A DNA stretch of 64,000 nucleotides from Azolla caroliniana. Lineage: Eukaryota; Plantae; Polypodiophyta. Below, piece by piece: positions 37,260-48,231 of the stretch. Position numbers and translations under genes: made by a program. Location of the stretch: NCBI GenBank assembly GCA_043228905.1, contig JBHGNT010000004.1:6262001-6326000 (forward strand). The letters are read 5' to 3'. Numbering within the stretch: position 1 is the stretch's first letter; each line of letters opens with the position of its first letter. The notes under the pieces were generated by a model that made no database searches, was not told the origin of the DNA, and saw nothing but the letters and a program-made list of their open reading frames with translations.

Positions 37260-39824
37260 GAGATATTCGCCATCTATCTTCGTCCTCCCCTGCTACTCTT
37301 CACGTCGGGTTCACCACATGATGTCGTGCAGATTCGTGCGTGTGTGTGTGCTTCTCGAGCGACCATCAGGGTCTTGGACTGGGGAGGACATTCGAGGAAT
37401 TATCAAAGAGATGACGATCAATGTAAGATTGGATGAAATTTGTTCTCTTGAGAAGAAGAAAGATTGTACACTTGAGAAGTAGAAAAATATGAAGAAGATA
37501 AAGACGAATATAATTATATTGATGATAGTGGTGTTGGTGATATCACATATTGAGCCCCCCCTTACACAAGCCTTACTAGAGGCTTTTATAGGTCTCTCCA
37601 TGCTTGTGACATGCACAAAACCATGGGCTAAAACCATGGTTTTCTGCACATGGTTTTGCTTATGACATGCACAAGACCATGGGCTAAAAACCATGGTTTT
37701 GTGTACATGGTTTTGACTGTTTGCTACCTATGAAATACTGAATATGAAAAGAAAATATACAAAATGTAAAGCATGTAGTAGTAGCTTTAGTGGTATGATA
37801 ATTGCTTCTTATCTTAGACGTGCAAGGTTCAAATCTTACTTGCAATCCTAAATATGCACTGAGTGCCATCATGTCCTAGGTTTATTTATTATTATTTTCA
37901 TTTTTACAAGTATTTGTGTAATGTGCATGTATCCTCAATTTTTCACTTTTTCTCGCATTAAACACGCCACATCATGACACCGTTCTCCTTCATGTGGATC
38001 TTCATCAGCACGAACTCTTAATCTTCTACTCTCTCTCGGATCTAGTGGTACCTCCACTGGATATGTTTCGTCCGAGAATGGTAGGTCGCGTTCTTTGGAA
38101 GGTGGATGGCACTTTGACTGTTGCAGTAGAGCCAATATTCCTCATGTTGGATGGCACTTTGACTGTCGCAGTAGAGCCAATATTCCTCATGTTGCCAATA
38201 TTGACTATCGTAGTAGAGCCAATATTCCTCATGTTGCTCTCCGATGAAGTCCTTCATCCAGATTATCTCCTTGCCAGCCTCTACAACTACCATGTACTCC
38301 GCCTCCGTGGTTGACAATGCAACTGTCTTCAGCAGCCTTGACCGCCACAAAACAGTTCCCCCTGCATAAGTCATGACATACCCAGATGTAGACCGGCTGG
38401 TATCCGCATTAGTCGACATATCTGAATCCGTGAATCCGTCAAGTTGGGGATTACTAGAGCCAAACCGGAGGCACATACTCGAAGTGCCTTTCAGATATCG
38501 AAGTATCCACTTGACCGCGTTCCAATGCTCTTTGTTGAGATTGCTTATGAACCGGCTCACCACTCCAACTGCATATCCGATATCCGGCCGGGTACATACC
38601 ATCGTGTACATCAAGCTCCCAATGGCAGAGGCATATGGTATGTTCATCATATCCTTCTTCTCCGCCTTTGTCCTCGGGCTTTGTTTTTCGGATAGCTTGC
38701 AGTTTGCCGGAAGTGTCGACCCGACCAGTTTCGCCTCCGACATGTTGAACCGTTGAAGCACCTTTGTCACATACTTCTCCTGTGACAGCCACAACAGCTT
38801 CTTCCACCGGTCTCGGATGATGTGCATTCCCAATATCTGTCTTGCCGGCCCCGAGTCTCTCATTGAGAAGGTCTGGTTTAGAGTCTTCTTCAGCATCCGA
38901 ATCTTGCCTTGGTCTCGTCCGACGATCAACATATCATCCACATATAGGAGGAGTATTAGGAAATCTCCTCCATCAAATTTCTTCACAAACACGCAGTGAT
39001 TGGCCTGTGTCTTTTGGTACCCTTGGTCGGTCATGAAGGAGTCGAACTTCCGATACCATTGCCGGTGTCGTGAAGAAAACCGCCCACAAGAGGAATCGGA
39101 GGAACAAGGCGTGGGAAACGGCTCTACACACACACGCGCGCCAAGAAGTACCTAAGGACGAAGTAGGTACATACGAGGATCCTAGGTGGGCAGATTCGGT
39201 TGGTATGCAGTTAATGCCAAACGGCCGCTTGACGGGCTATAAAAAGGAAGAGGGAGAATAGGAGAAAGACATCTTCCGCGGAGAGGACGAAGTGCTGCCG
39301 AACCGATTTCGGAGCTTCTCTCTCACTCCTGCTCTCTCTGTCTTCTGCTCCATCGCGTACCTGTGCAGGTTTCGAGGAGGCTTGCGCTGTTCCGTGGAAC
39401 GCCCCGAGTGCGTCCTGCAGCACCTCCGACCTGTTTTCCCCTTCTGTGCGTCGCGACATACAGGGGTCGGCAGCTGTTCGCCGCCCTGTTCGTTTTCGTT
39501 AGCATCTATTTTGTGCCCCACCGTGGGTTGTAATACTTTAGTCTGTTGTTTTCTTGCATTCATAAGTACTTATCTCTCGTTGTTGCGTCCATCTGTGTCG
39601 GCGTTCATTTGTGATCTCTGTTTGTTGGGCCGTGTCCCTGTGCAATCGTCGGTTCTGCGCAATCGGATCTTCGGTTCTGTGTAATCGGGTCTCTCTCTTT
39701 CTTCTCTCTCTCTCGCTCTTCGGTTCGAGACCCCCGTGGTCCCTCCTCCTTTCTACACGCAAGGGCGTAGTAACCCCGACATCTTGGTGAACCCGACGTG
39801 AAAGAGGCGGCAGAAGAGTGGGAA

Positions 39825-41951
39825 ATGAAAGGGGCGGATCTTGCAGAGGCCATGGCTTCGGCCGTGGATCGGATAGTAAGCGCGCGCGAGGGCACCGGCG
39901 CCCTCGATAGAGCTATTGAGGCGGTCGTCGGAACGATCGGTCGATTCACCGGAAAAGATGCCACGAAGTACCTGGCGTCCTACGGTGCAGAAATGTTAAT
40001 GCGGGACATTCCGGAAGACAGGCGTCTTGCCGGTTTTCCCCAAGTGGCGATGCCGAGCATCCACTCGGAGGTGCTCGAGGTGCGGGCGGAGAGCCGTACC
40101 TGGGAGGAGTTCGAAGGTCGGCTCCTGGAAAAATACGGACTGGACGACGCGCTCCGGCTTTCGAAGCGAAGCTTCATGGAGTGGGTGGAGTCTCCCGGGA
40201 AAGGAAGGAATGCGTCGGCACTCCTCCGGGAGTTCGAGGAGAACTTCGCGCGCCTTTCGGCGCTTGACAGGATGGTCCTGGATACAAGCCGGGTCCTGCT
40301 GTTCGTCAAATCGGTTGACGAGAGGGATCGGAGTCACGTGGGCGCCCTGCTAGAAACCGAAGATGGGCTGACAGCCGACTGGGCGGCGGTCAAGAGAGCC
40401 TGCGGCCGTTTCGACAAACGGCGAGAATGGGAGGATGACAGAGCAACCGGGTCGGGCTCAGTCGCGGCGAGGAAACTCGAGCCGGCGCAGCCGGTGCGAA
40501 GGGAAGAGACTCGGGAGTGGCTGGAATCCGGTTCGGCTCCGACCGGCATGATCGGAGGCTCGACTGGGGGAGCTGCGTTGGAGGAACTGACGAGGGCGAT
40601 AAAAGACCTCCAAATCGCACAAGCCCGCAGAGAAGGCGGAGGACCTGCTCGTGACCGACGGCCGGCGGCAGGGAACAGGTGCATGTGGTGCGACGGGGTC
40701 GGCCACATCCGAAAAGACTGCGGCGATTTCGCAGAGGCGCTGAGGAACCGGGTGGTGTACCTATGGGAAGGCCGGGTTCACGCCAACGACACGAGAAGGG
40801 CCCTAAACCGAAACGACGGGCGAGGCGGAATGAAGAGGTTGATGGAAGAGGCGGCGGCCCGACATGCGGAAACCGTCCACTACTCGGCGTCGGCCGGTAT
40901 TCGAGTCGGGGGCGGCGAGGCCCGGAAGGAAAGCAAAGCCGGATTCTGGCCGACGATGCTGGAAGGCCTTGCCGGTGCAGGGCTTAAAAGGGAGGAATCG
41001 GACCGTGCGGAGAAACGGGTACGGGAGATGACCGGGTGGAGCGACCCGGTCGAGGAAAAGACGGGCTTCGTGGAAGCCGCTTGCCGGAACTACGAGGCTC
41101 TGGTAGAAGAGAAGCGGGTGGGGAAACCCGGGACGACCGGGCCCTCACAACGATACGAGACCCGGTCCGGGCCACGACGGGACGAAGCCGGCGGGGCCGG
41201 TACGCAAGATAAACCCCAGAAGGGCGGGTACCGTCTGGGGACGGAGATAGAAAGAACCACGGACTTACGAAAGGTCCTGGAGGAACGGATCCTCGACAGC
41301 AAGGTGGAGCTGTCGCTACGGGAGGTGCTGGGAATCGCCAAGAAGGAGTTCCACGACTCCATCGTGGACTTGGTGAAACGGAAGAGGCTGTCAACGGAGA
41401 CAGAACCGGAAAGACCGGTGGAAGTGCGGACGACGCACCTAGACGACATGGCGCTGGGAGACGAGTGGGCGGAAAGCCACTATTCGAGACCGCACTGGGC
41501 CCGAGCGACCACGGAAACCCCGGTGAAGATCGGCGATGTCCAGGAACCGGTGATAGCTTTGGTGGACCACGGATCGGAGATCAATTTGATGTCCATGGAC
41601 TTCTATAAGAAGGGCAAATGGCCGATCAACACCAAGCACGGGTGGAAGATAAGGGCGGCGACGCGCGCCACCGAGGAACTTCACGGGGCCTGCCCGAATG
41701 TACGGGTCAAGATCGGCGATGTCGAGATAGACCAGCACTTCTTCGTGCAGGAGTCGTCATCGCACTCCGTCATACTGGGAGAACCGTAGATCACGGCGGC
41801 TCGAATGGAGACCAAGGTGCTGGACAACGGTTCGGCCTATGCGCGGGTCAAGAGCCAGGACGGGCGCCATTCGGTCCAGTTTTTGACGGTTAGGCCGAAC
41901 CACGAGCGTAACCGCGACTCCCTCGGTTCCGATAACCGAGAGGATTTTTAG
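39825..41951 (+). CDS. gag-protease of F (zinc knuckle CMWCDGVGHIRKDC; protease ALVDHGSEIN); in-frame TAG at 41787-41789; ends EDF*
   Basis: ORF 39798-41789 continues in frame after the TAG to 41951. Confidence 0.85.
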
Positions 41952-42010
41952 AGAGGGCTGCCAAGGCGTGGGGCCGCGACAGTCCGGACACCCCGGGAAA
42001 ACCCCACACC
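41942..42010 (+). promoter_or_regulatory. Putative -1 programmed ribosomal frameshift signal
   Basis: G_GAT_TTT slippery heptamer, 6-nt spacer, stem GGGCTG/CAGTCC, and loop GGCGTGGGG complementary to downstream CCCCACACC. Confidence 0.7.
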
Positions 42011-45000
42011 TGTACGATAAAACCGAAGAAACCTTGTACCATAGGTAGGGAATTTTTGTTCTCCGACAGCGGAGCGTGTACGATAGTCGGCATCGGCGGC
42101 CGAGAGAAGACAAAGGCGGAGGGGAGACTTCGAGCGTGCGGAGTTCTCGGCCCGGACGAGGAAATCAACGGAGCCGTGGAGGCGGTCTCATTCGACGACA
42201 CCTTGGGAATGCTGGGAAAGGTAGTCGAAGAAGGCCTTAACGAAGACCGGACGATACCGGTGTGTTCCGAGGAGATGTACGAAGTCATCGCGGACTTCGG
42301 TCGAGGGCTCGAGTCAGTTCGGACGGCCCACGTAAGCACCAAGTACAAGACTGTGGACCGGAAGGTAAGGCCAGTCGCGGCACCCTTACCGGAGGACAGC
42401 GCGTCGAGAATCAAAGGGGTTGCATCGGACCCTAGTCTACGAGATCCGGCCTGCATAGGGCACACCTTCACCGACGAGACGCTCCGAGAGCTCAAAATCG
42501 GTGGGAGCGGGTTCCTACTGCCGGCGGAGGAAGACCGGTTTCGGAGAATGCTCGGAAGGCGCGGGAAAGCCTTCGCATTCTCGCCGGAGGAAATCGGGTG
42601 CGTTGACCCGACGATCGTGGAGCCGATGGTGATATTCACGGTACCGCATGTACCATGGAATCTCAAGCCAATCCCGGTTCCGAGAGCTCACATCCCGAAG
42701 TTGATGGAGCTGCTGAGGCAGAAAGTTGATATGGGAATTCTCGAGCCGTCGAGCGCCCCATATTCGAATCGATGGTTTACCGTACCGAAGAAAAACGGTT
42801 CGTTGCGCTTCATCCAGGACCTGCAGCCGGTCAATCGAGTGACCATTCGGAACGCAGGGATCGGACCGACCATAGACGAGTTCGCGGAGGCCTTCGCCGG
42901 AAGGTCAATTTACTCGGTCGGGGATCAATACTCAGGGTACGACCAGTTCCAGCTAGCCGTGGAGAGCAGAGACATTACGACGATGCGAACTCCCCTCGGC
43001 CTAGTTCGGATGTGTACACTGCCGCAAGGAGGGACCAACTCGGTGGCCCACATGGTGAATGCGATGAACAAGGTTCTGAGGGACTGTATCCCGGACATCA
43101 CCATGCCGTTTCTGGACGACATCCCGATCAAGGGATGCCCGGTGGAAGAAAAGGACGAGACGATCGGGCCGGACGGATGCCGGCGATTCGTGGCGACGCA
43201 CATCGACGACTGCGAGAAGGTGCTGCAAAGGCTAGAGGATGCGAGACTCACCTTCTCCGGGGAGAAGTCGGCCTTCGGGCAGTCAGAAATCATGGTGGTC
43301 GGACACCTGTGCGGACCATATGGCCGGAAACCGTCTCCGGCAAAGGTAGAAGCCATCTCCGCGATGAAGCCCGACTGCAGCTCGGTCACGGAAGTACGGA
43401 GATTCCTGGGGGCATGCGCGTTCTACCACATATGGATCCCGCATTACGCACACGTCGCGGAGCCACTGTACGGGTTGCTGAAAAAGGGGCGAAGGTTCGA
43501 ATGGCTAGACGAGCACGCGGCATCGGTCCGGAAGCTGAAAGAGGCCCTTGCAGCGGCACCGGCACTCCGGAAGGCGGTATACGGGAAGGGTACCCCGGTA
43601 TTCATAACGGTGGATACCAGTCCGACCGGGATCGGATGGGTCGTGAACCAGGAAGACGAGGACGGCAATCGGTTTCCGATCCGATTCGGCGCGAAAGTCC
43701 TCAGTGAACGGCAGCGAGGATACGCCCAGGTTAAACGCGAACTCTGGGGTATTGTTTCGGCGGTTAAGGCCGACAAAGACTACCTGATAGGGACAGAAGT
43801 GATCATCGAGACGGATTGCCTGCCGATTCTCGGTATGGTTTCCGGATGCGCGACTCCGGACCTGGCGATGCTCAGGTGGATAGCGTACATCAAGTCCCTG
43901 GACCCGGAAATACGACACATTTCCGGGAAAGACAACGCCATGGCCGACATGCTTTCGAGGGCGAGGTTCGACGACGAGGGCGGCATGGTTTCGGAAGACG
44001 AAGAAGTCGGCGTGGATTTCTTCGAGGCGGCACACATAACGACCGACGGAATGAGCACTCCGGCGCTTAACGAGTTCGACGCGAGCAAGTACGACGGGGA
44101 GTGGCTGCAGATCGGCGGGTTTTTGAAGACAATGACGCCTGATGCGTCATGGACGAAGGACGAGGCCAACCGGATCCGGAAGAAAGCATATCGATTCTTT
44201 CTCCGGGATGGCTACCTATGGAAGCACCCGAAGAAGAGGGACGGCGCTCCGCTCCGGGTGGTGGCGATGAAGGAAGAACAGGAGGAGCTGCTGACGGCCT
44301 ACCACGACAGCCCTTGGGCTGGACACCGTGGAACGTGGGCGACATTTGAGAAGCTGAAGGGGAAGTACTGGTGGCCGGGATTGTACCGGGACGTGCATCG
44401 GTTCGTGTCGACTTGCGAGAGTTGTCAGATGCACTCGATAGTCCGACACCGGGATGGGCTTCGCCCTACGTACCCTCCGACTATCCACTTCAAATGGATG
44501 GTAGATCTAGTGACGATGCCGATGGGGGTAGGACAGATGCGGTATCTGGTCCTAGCGCGGGAAGACCTGACGAACCAGGTGGAAGGCCGAGCCCTTCAGA
44601 ACAAGACGACCGCGGCCGTGTGTCGGTTCCTGATCGAGGACGTGATATGCCGGTACGGGTGCGTCGGGAAGATCGTGGCTGACCGGGGGGAGTTGGACGC
44701 CGAGGAGGCCGCGGAGCTGTTCGATCGGCTGGGAGTCAAACTCTCGCTCACCACTGCGTACAACCCGGAGGCGAATGGAAAGGTGGAGCGCGGACACGGG
44801 CCGATCGTTAAAGCGCTGGTTCGGGCATGCGGAGGCCAAGTCGGTAACTGGCCGCGACTTCTACCTTATGCTTTGTGGGCAGACCGGACCACGCACAGTT
44901 CGGTAACCGGGTACATGCCGACGGAGCTCATGTTCGGCCAGAAGCCGATCATGCCGATTGAACGGACGATCTCCTCGTGGGCAACGGTCGACTGGAGGGA

Positions 45001-45439
45001 CGAGATGAGCCGGGAGGAGTTGTTGGCCGCACGTATACGACAGCTCGAGCGGAGACCGGAGGACGTGGCACTGGCTACGGAGAAGCTCCGGGTGGCGAGG
45101 ACAAAGAACAAAGCCCGGTTCGACCGAACGCACCGGGTACGACCGAAGAAAATCGACGAAGGTGACTGGGTGCTCGTCTACGACAGCAGCCTCGACAACC
45201 AGCACCGAGCAACGCGGAAGTTCGCACGGAGATGGTTCGGGCCGTACACGGTACAGAGCGCCAACGACAACGGGACGTATCATCTGGCGGAGCTCGACGG
45301 TACGAGAATAGCGATACCCGTGGCCGGGAAGAGGATCAAAGCTTTCAAGAAGCGGCACGACGACGAACCCGACCCGATTCTCCTGGACAGCAGCGACGAC
45401 CGATCCGGGGCCGAGGAAGGGCCGGCAGGCGAAGAGTAA
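41942..45439 (+). CDS. pol of F (RT-RNaseH-integrase) in the -1 frame relative to gag; no chromodomain
   Basis: Frame is open from 41942. Motifs: YKTVDRKVRPV, YSNRWFTVPKKNGSLRFIQDL, PFLDD, VDTSPTGIGW, ETDCLP, HHCC zinc finger, DLV..D..E core, WFGPY. Confidence 0.93.
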   Translation, partial: GFLERAAKAWGRDSPDTPGKPHTCTIKPKKPCTIGREFLFSDSGACTIVGIGGREKTKAEGRLRACGVLGPDEEINGAVEAVSFDDTLGMLGKVVEEGLNEDRTIPVCSEEMYEVIADFGRGLESVRTAHVSTKYKTVDRKVRPVAAPLPEDSASRIKGVASDPSLRDPACIGHTFTDETLRELKIGGSGFLLPAEEDRFRRMLGRRGKAFAFSPEEIGCVDPTIVEPMVIFTVPHVPWNLKPIPVPRAHIPKLMELLRQKVDMGILEPSSAPYSNRWFTVPKKNGSLRFIQDLQPVNRVTIRNAGIGPTIDEFAEAFAGRSIYSVGDQYSGYDQFQLAVESRDITTMRTPLGLVRMCTLPQGGTNSVAHMVNAMNKVLRDCIPDITMPFLDDIPIKGCPVEEKDETIGPDGCRRFVATHIDDCEKVLQRLEDARLTFSGEKSAFGQSEIMVVGHLCGPYGRKPSPAKVEAISAMKPDCSSVTEVRRFLGACAFYHIWIPHYAHVAEPLYGLLKKGRRFEWLDEHAASVRKLKEALAAAPALRKAVYGKGTPVFITVDTSPTGIGWVVNQEDEDGNRFPIRFGAKVLSERQRGYAQVKRELWGIVSAVKADKDYLIGTEVIIETDCLPILGMVSGCATPDLAMLRWIAYIKSLDPEIRHISGKDNAMADMLSRARFDDEGGMVSEDEEVGVDFFEAAHITTDGMSTPALNEFDASKYDGEWLQIGGFLKTMTPDASWTKDEANRIRKKAYRFFLRDGYLWKHPKKRDGAPLRVVAMKEEQEELLTAYHDSPWAGHRGTWATFEKLKGKYWWPGLYRDVHRFVSTCESCQMHSIVRHRDGLRPTYPPTIHFKWMVDLVTMPMGVGQMRYLVLAREDLTNQVEGRALQNKTTAAVCRFLIEDVICRYGCVGKIVADRGELDAEEAAELFDRLGVKLSLTTAYNPEANGKVERGHGPIVKALVRACGGQVGNWPRLLPYALWADRTTHSSVTGYMPTELMFGQKPIMPIERTISSWATVDWRDEMSREELLAARIRQLERRPEDVALATEKLRVARTKNKARFDRTHRVRPKKIDEGDWVLVYDSSLDNQHRATRKFARRWFGPYTVQSANDNGTYHLAELDGTRIAIPVAGKRIKAFKKRHDDEPDPILLDSSDDRSGAEEGPAGEE

Positions 45440-48231
45440 AGGCGGGCCGGTTTTCTCCGTGCCAACTTAATTTGGCGCATGCCGGCGGATGCGCGGTTAG
45501 GTGGGGGCGGATGTCGTGAAGAAAACCGCCCACAAGAGGAATCGGAGGAACAAGGCGTGGGAAACGGCTCTACACACACACGCGCGCCAAGAAGTACCTA
45601 AGGACGAAGTAGGTACATACGAGGATCCTAGGTGGGCAGATTCGGTTGGTATGCAGTTAATGCCAAACGGCCGCTTGACGGGCTATAAAAAGGAAGAGGG
45701 AGAATAGGAGAAAGACATCTTCCGCGGAGAGGACGAAGTGCTGCCGAACCGATTTCGGAGCTTCTCTCTCACTCCTGCTCTCTCTGTCTTCTGCTCCATC
45801 GCGTACCTGTGCAGGTTTCGAGGAGGCTTGCGCTGTTCCGTGGAACGCCCCGAGTGCATCCTGCAGCACCTCCGACCTGTTTTCCCCTTCTGTGCGTCGC
45901 GACATACAGGGGTCGGCAGCTGTTCGCCGCCCTGTTCGTTTTCGTTAGCATCTATTTTGTGCCCCACCGTGGGTTGTAATACTTTAGTCTGTTGTTTTCT
46001 TGCATTCATAAGTACTTATCTCTCGTTGTTGCGTCCATCTGTGTCGGCGTTCATTTGTGATCTCTGTTTGTTGGGCCGTGTCCCTGTGCAATCGTCGGTT
46101 CTGCGCAATCGGATCTTCGGTTCTGTGTAATCGGGTCTCTCTCTTTCTTCTCTCTCTCTCGCTCTTCGGTTCGAGACCCCCGTGGTCCCTCCTCCTTTCT
46201 ACACGCAAGGGCGTAGTAACCCCGACACCGGGGAGCTTGCTTTAGTCCGTATAGGCTCTTCTTCAGCTGGCACACCAGGTGCTCCTTCCCTTTCCTCTCA
46301 AATCATTCCGGTTGATGCATGTAGATCTCTTCTTCAAGGTCTCCATGTAGGAATGTTGTCTTGACATTGAGCTGCTCTACCTCGAGGTCCATGCTTGCCG
46401 TTATGCCCATTACCATCCGGATGGATGTCATCTTTACTACCGGGGCAAAGATCTCATCGAAGTCCACTCCTTTCTTCTGTTGGAAGCCCTTCACCACGAT
46501 TCAGGCCTTATACTTGTCCAAGGAATATGCATGGCCTGAACTTCGGATCCAACTTTGCTCTCTTGTCCTTTGCAACATGCACATATGCGAGACACCCGAA
46601 CACCTTCAGATGTTGGTAAGATACATCTTTACCGATCCATACTTTCTGAGGTGAGTATCCTTCCAAGGGTGTTGAGGGTGATCTATTTATCACATAGGTC
46701 ACCGTTGTAAGCGCCTCAGGCCAAAAGGTCTTGGGTAACTTTGCATGTGCTAGCATGCTCCGGACTCTCTCCATTATGGTCCAGTTCATCCTTTTGGCCA
46801 TCCCGTTTAGTTCCGGCGTCTTCGGCACAGTAAACTCGAGCCGGATTCCCTTCGATTGAAAGTACTCCTCGAACTGCCCCCGGTATTCTCCTCCGTTATC
46901 TGCTCGAACTGCCTTCAGCTTCTGGCCGGTTTCCCTTTTCACTCTCGTGTGGAGCTCCTTGAAGACAGATAGCACTTGATCCTTCGTCTTCAATGGTGAG
47001 ACCCACAACTTCCGGTTGTGGTCATCTATGAACGTCACAAAGTACTGCGATCCAGCATGTCACTTTGTGTCCACTTGACACACATTGGTATGCACAAGTT
47101 CCAGTGGTGCATTCCATCTCATCGGTGGTCTTGATCGGAAAGAGGTTCGGTTTTGCTTGCCGGCCAAGCAATTGATGCACTTCTCAAGTTGCAGGTCCTT
47201 CACCGGAATGAGGTTGTCTCCGACAAGCCTCTTCATCCCCTTCTCACTCATGTGACACAGTCTTTTGTGCCACAACTCATCGGCAATGTCGAATGCTATG
47301 TTCACTTCTTCCCGGCATATCCAGGCATTCATCAAGTATAGTGTGTTGATCTTCCAGGCTCGAGCCACTATTAGGCTTCCCTTGCTGAATTTCATAACAC
47401 CGTTGTCGTGAAGATTCCAGGCCATGGTGAGAAACTAGGGAATATCGGAAGAATCGGCGGAGTGCATCATGTGCACTCACCCCTGTGTAAACGTGTGAAT
47501 AATAGGGGTGCCTTTATGGTGCCGAGTGGGAGTCGAGTCAGGACAAAGAATCCCATGTAAATCGGGATTTATCCCACATTGTAACACATCCCTCTCCTTG
47601 TTCTATAAAAGGAAGGGATGGTCTCTTGTAGAAGGGTTGTCCATTTTGAGTTAGGAGGGTATACCGTTAGATTTAGGGTTTGGTAGTTCTTAGTCTTCAT
47701 CTTCATCTTATTCTTATTTTCTTAGGTTTTCTACTTTGGACTTCTTCTTCTCCTTCGTGTCTGTTTAGGGTTTAGCCCTGTGAAGAGCTTGTATCTTCTG
47801 TGGCGGTTTACTTCTGCTCGGTCTCCTGTGCAAGACCCCGCTCGGCATGACGAGCCCGAGAGCTCCCCGACGGCAGCTTGGCGGCAGACTGCTGTTGTGA
47901 CCTAGACTACCTCAGTTCGGCTCGGAGCTGGAGTTGTAACTCACTCTTGTAATCATATATATAAAGGGTTGTGCATATTTGGGTCTAAATTAGTGTTAGG
48001 TGCATTTCTTCCCCTTTGTTTCCCGTACATAAGAGGCGTGTGTTGGGTCGGTGTTGCGCGCGTGCTCTCTCTCTCTCTCTTCCTCTCTCGTGTTCAGTAG
48101 CCACCGGTACGCGTCCGGAATCACTCCGGTTTGCGCCACAACCAGTGCAGCTGGGACTGAAGAGAAGTCGGCTTCTGACCCCATCACTTCCTCGTTTGAG
48201 ACCCCCGAGGTTCCGCCCCTTTTCTACACGT

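Larger units (their letters stand above)
22938..37979 (-). mobile_element. Element B: non-autonomous gag-only Trp-primed LTR element; 3' LTR 22938-35160 (split by C), 5' LTR 37322-37979
   Basis: Paired LTRs; TSD CCGT (22934-37, 37980-83); tRNA-Trp PBS 37299-37316; PPT ~35161-35177. Confidence 0.9.
39066..46227 (+). mobile_element. Element F: very young, full-length Trp-primed Ty3/Gypsy; LTRs 39066-39781 and 45512-46227 (716 bp)
   Basis: Only one LTR mismatch seen by eye; TSD CCGG (39062-65, 46228-31); PBS TGGTGAACCCGACGTGAA at 39785-39802; PPT ggttaggtgggggcgga. Confidence 0.96.
22331..47403 (-). mobile_element. Element E: Ty1/Copia (Tnt1/Tork-like, related to D), decayed. 3' LTR 22331-22833; pol pieces 22843-22937, 37984-39065, 46232-47403; interrupted by B, F and H
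   Basis: LTR starts TGTTGGGA on the minus strand after PPT gaaggggagat. RT/RH pieces YVDDMLIVG, ALSTTEAEY and integrase RADNGGEYRGQF rejoin across the insertions. Internal deletion near 46505. Confidence 0.88.

Noticed and set aside
39070-39780. Duplicated short ORFs at 39070-39762 and 45501-46208 (also in the A, B and D LTRs)
   Set aside because: Chance frames within LTR copies
39785-39802. tRNA-Trp gene fragments at 15237, 37299, 39785 and 48995
   Set aside because: Only the 3' 18 nt including CCA, adjacent to LTRs; these are primer-binding sites, not tRNA genes
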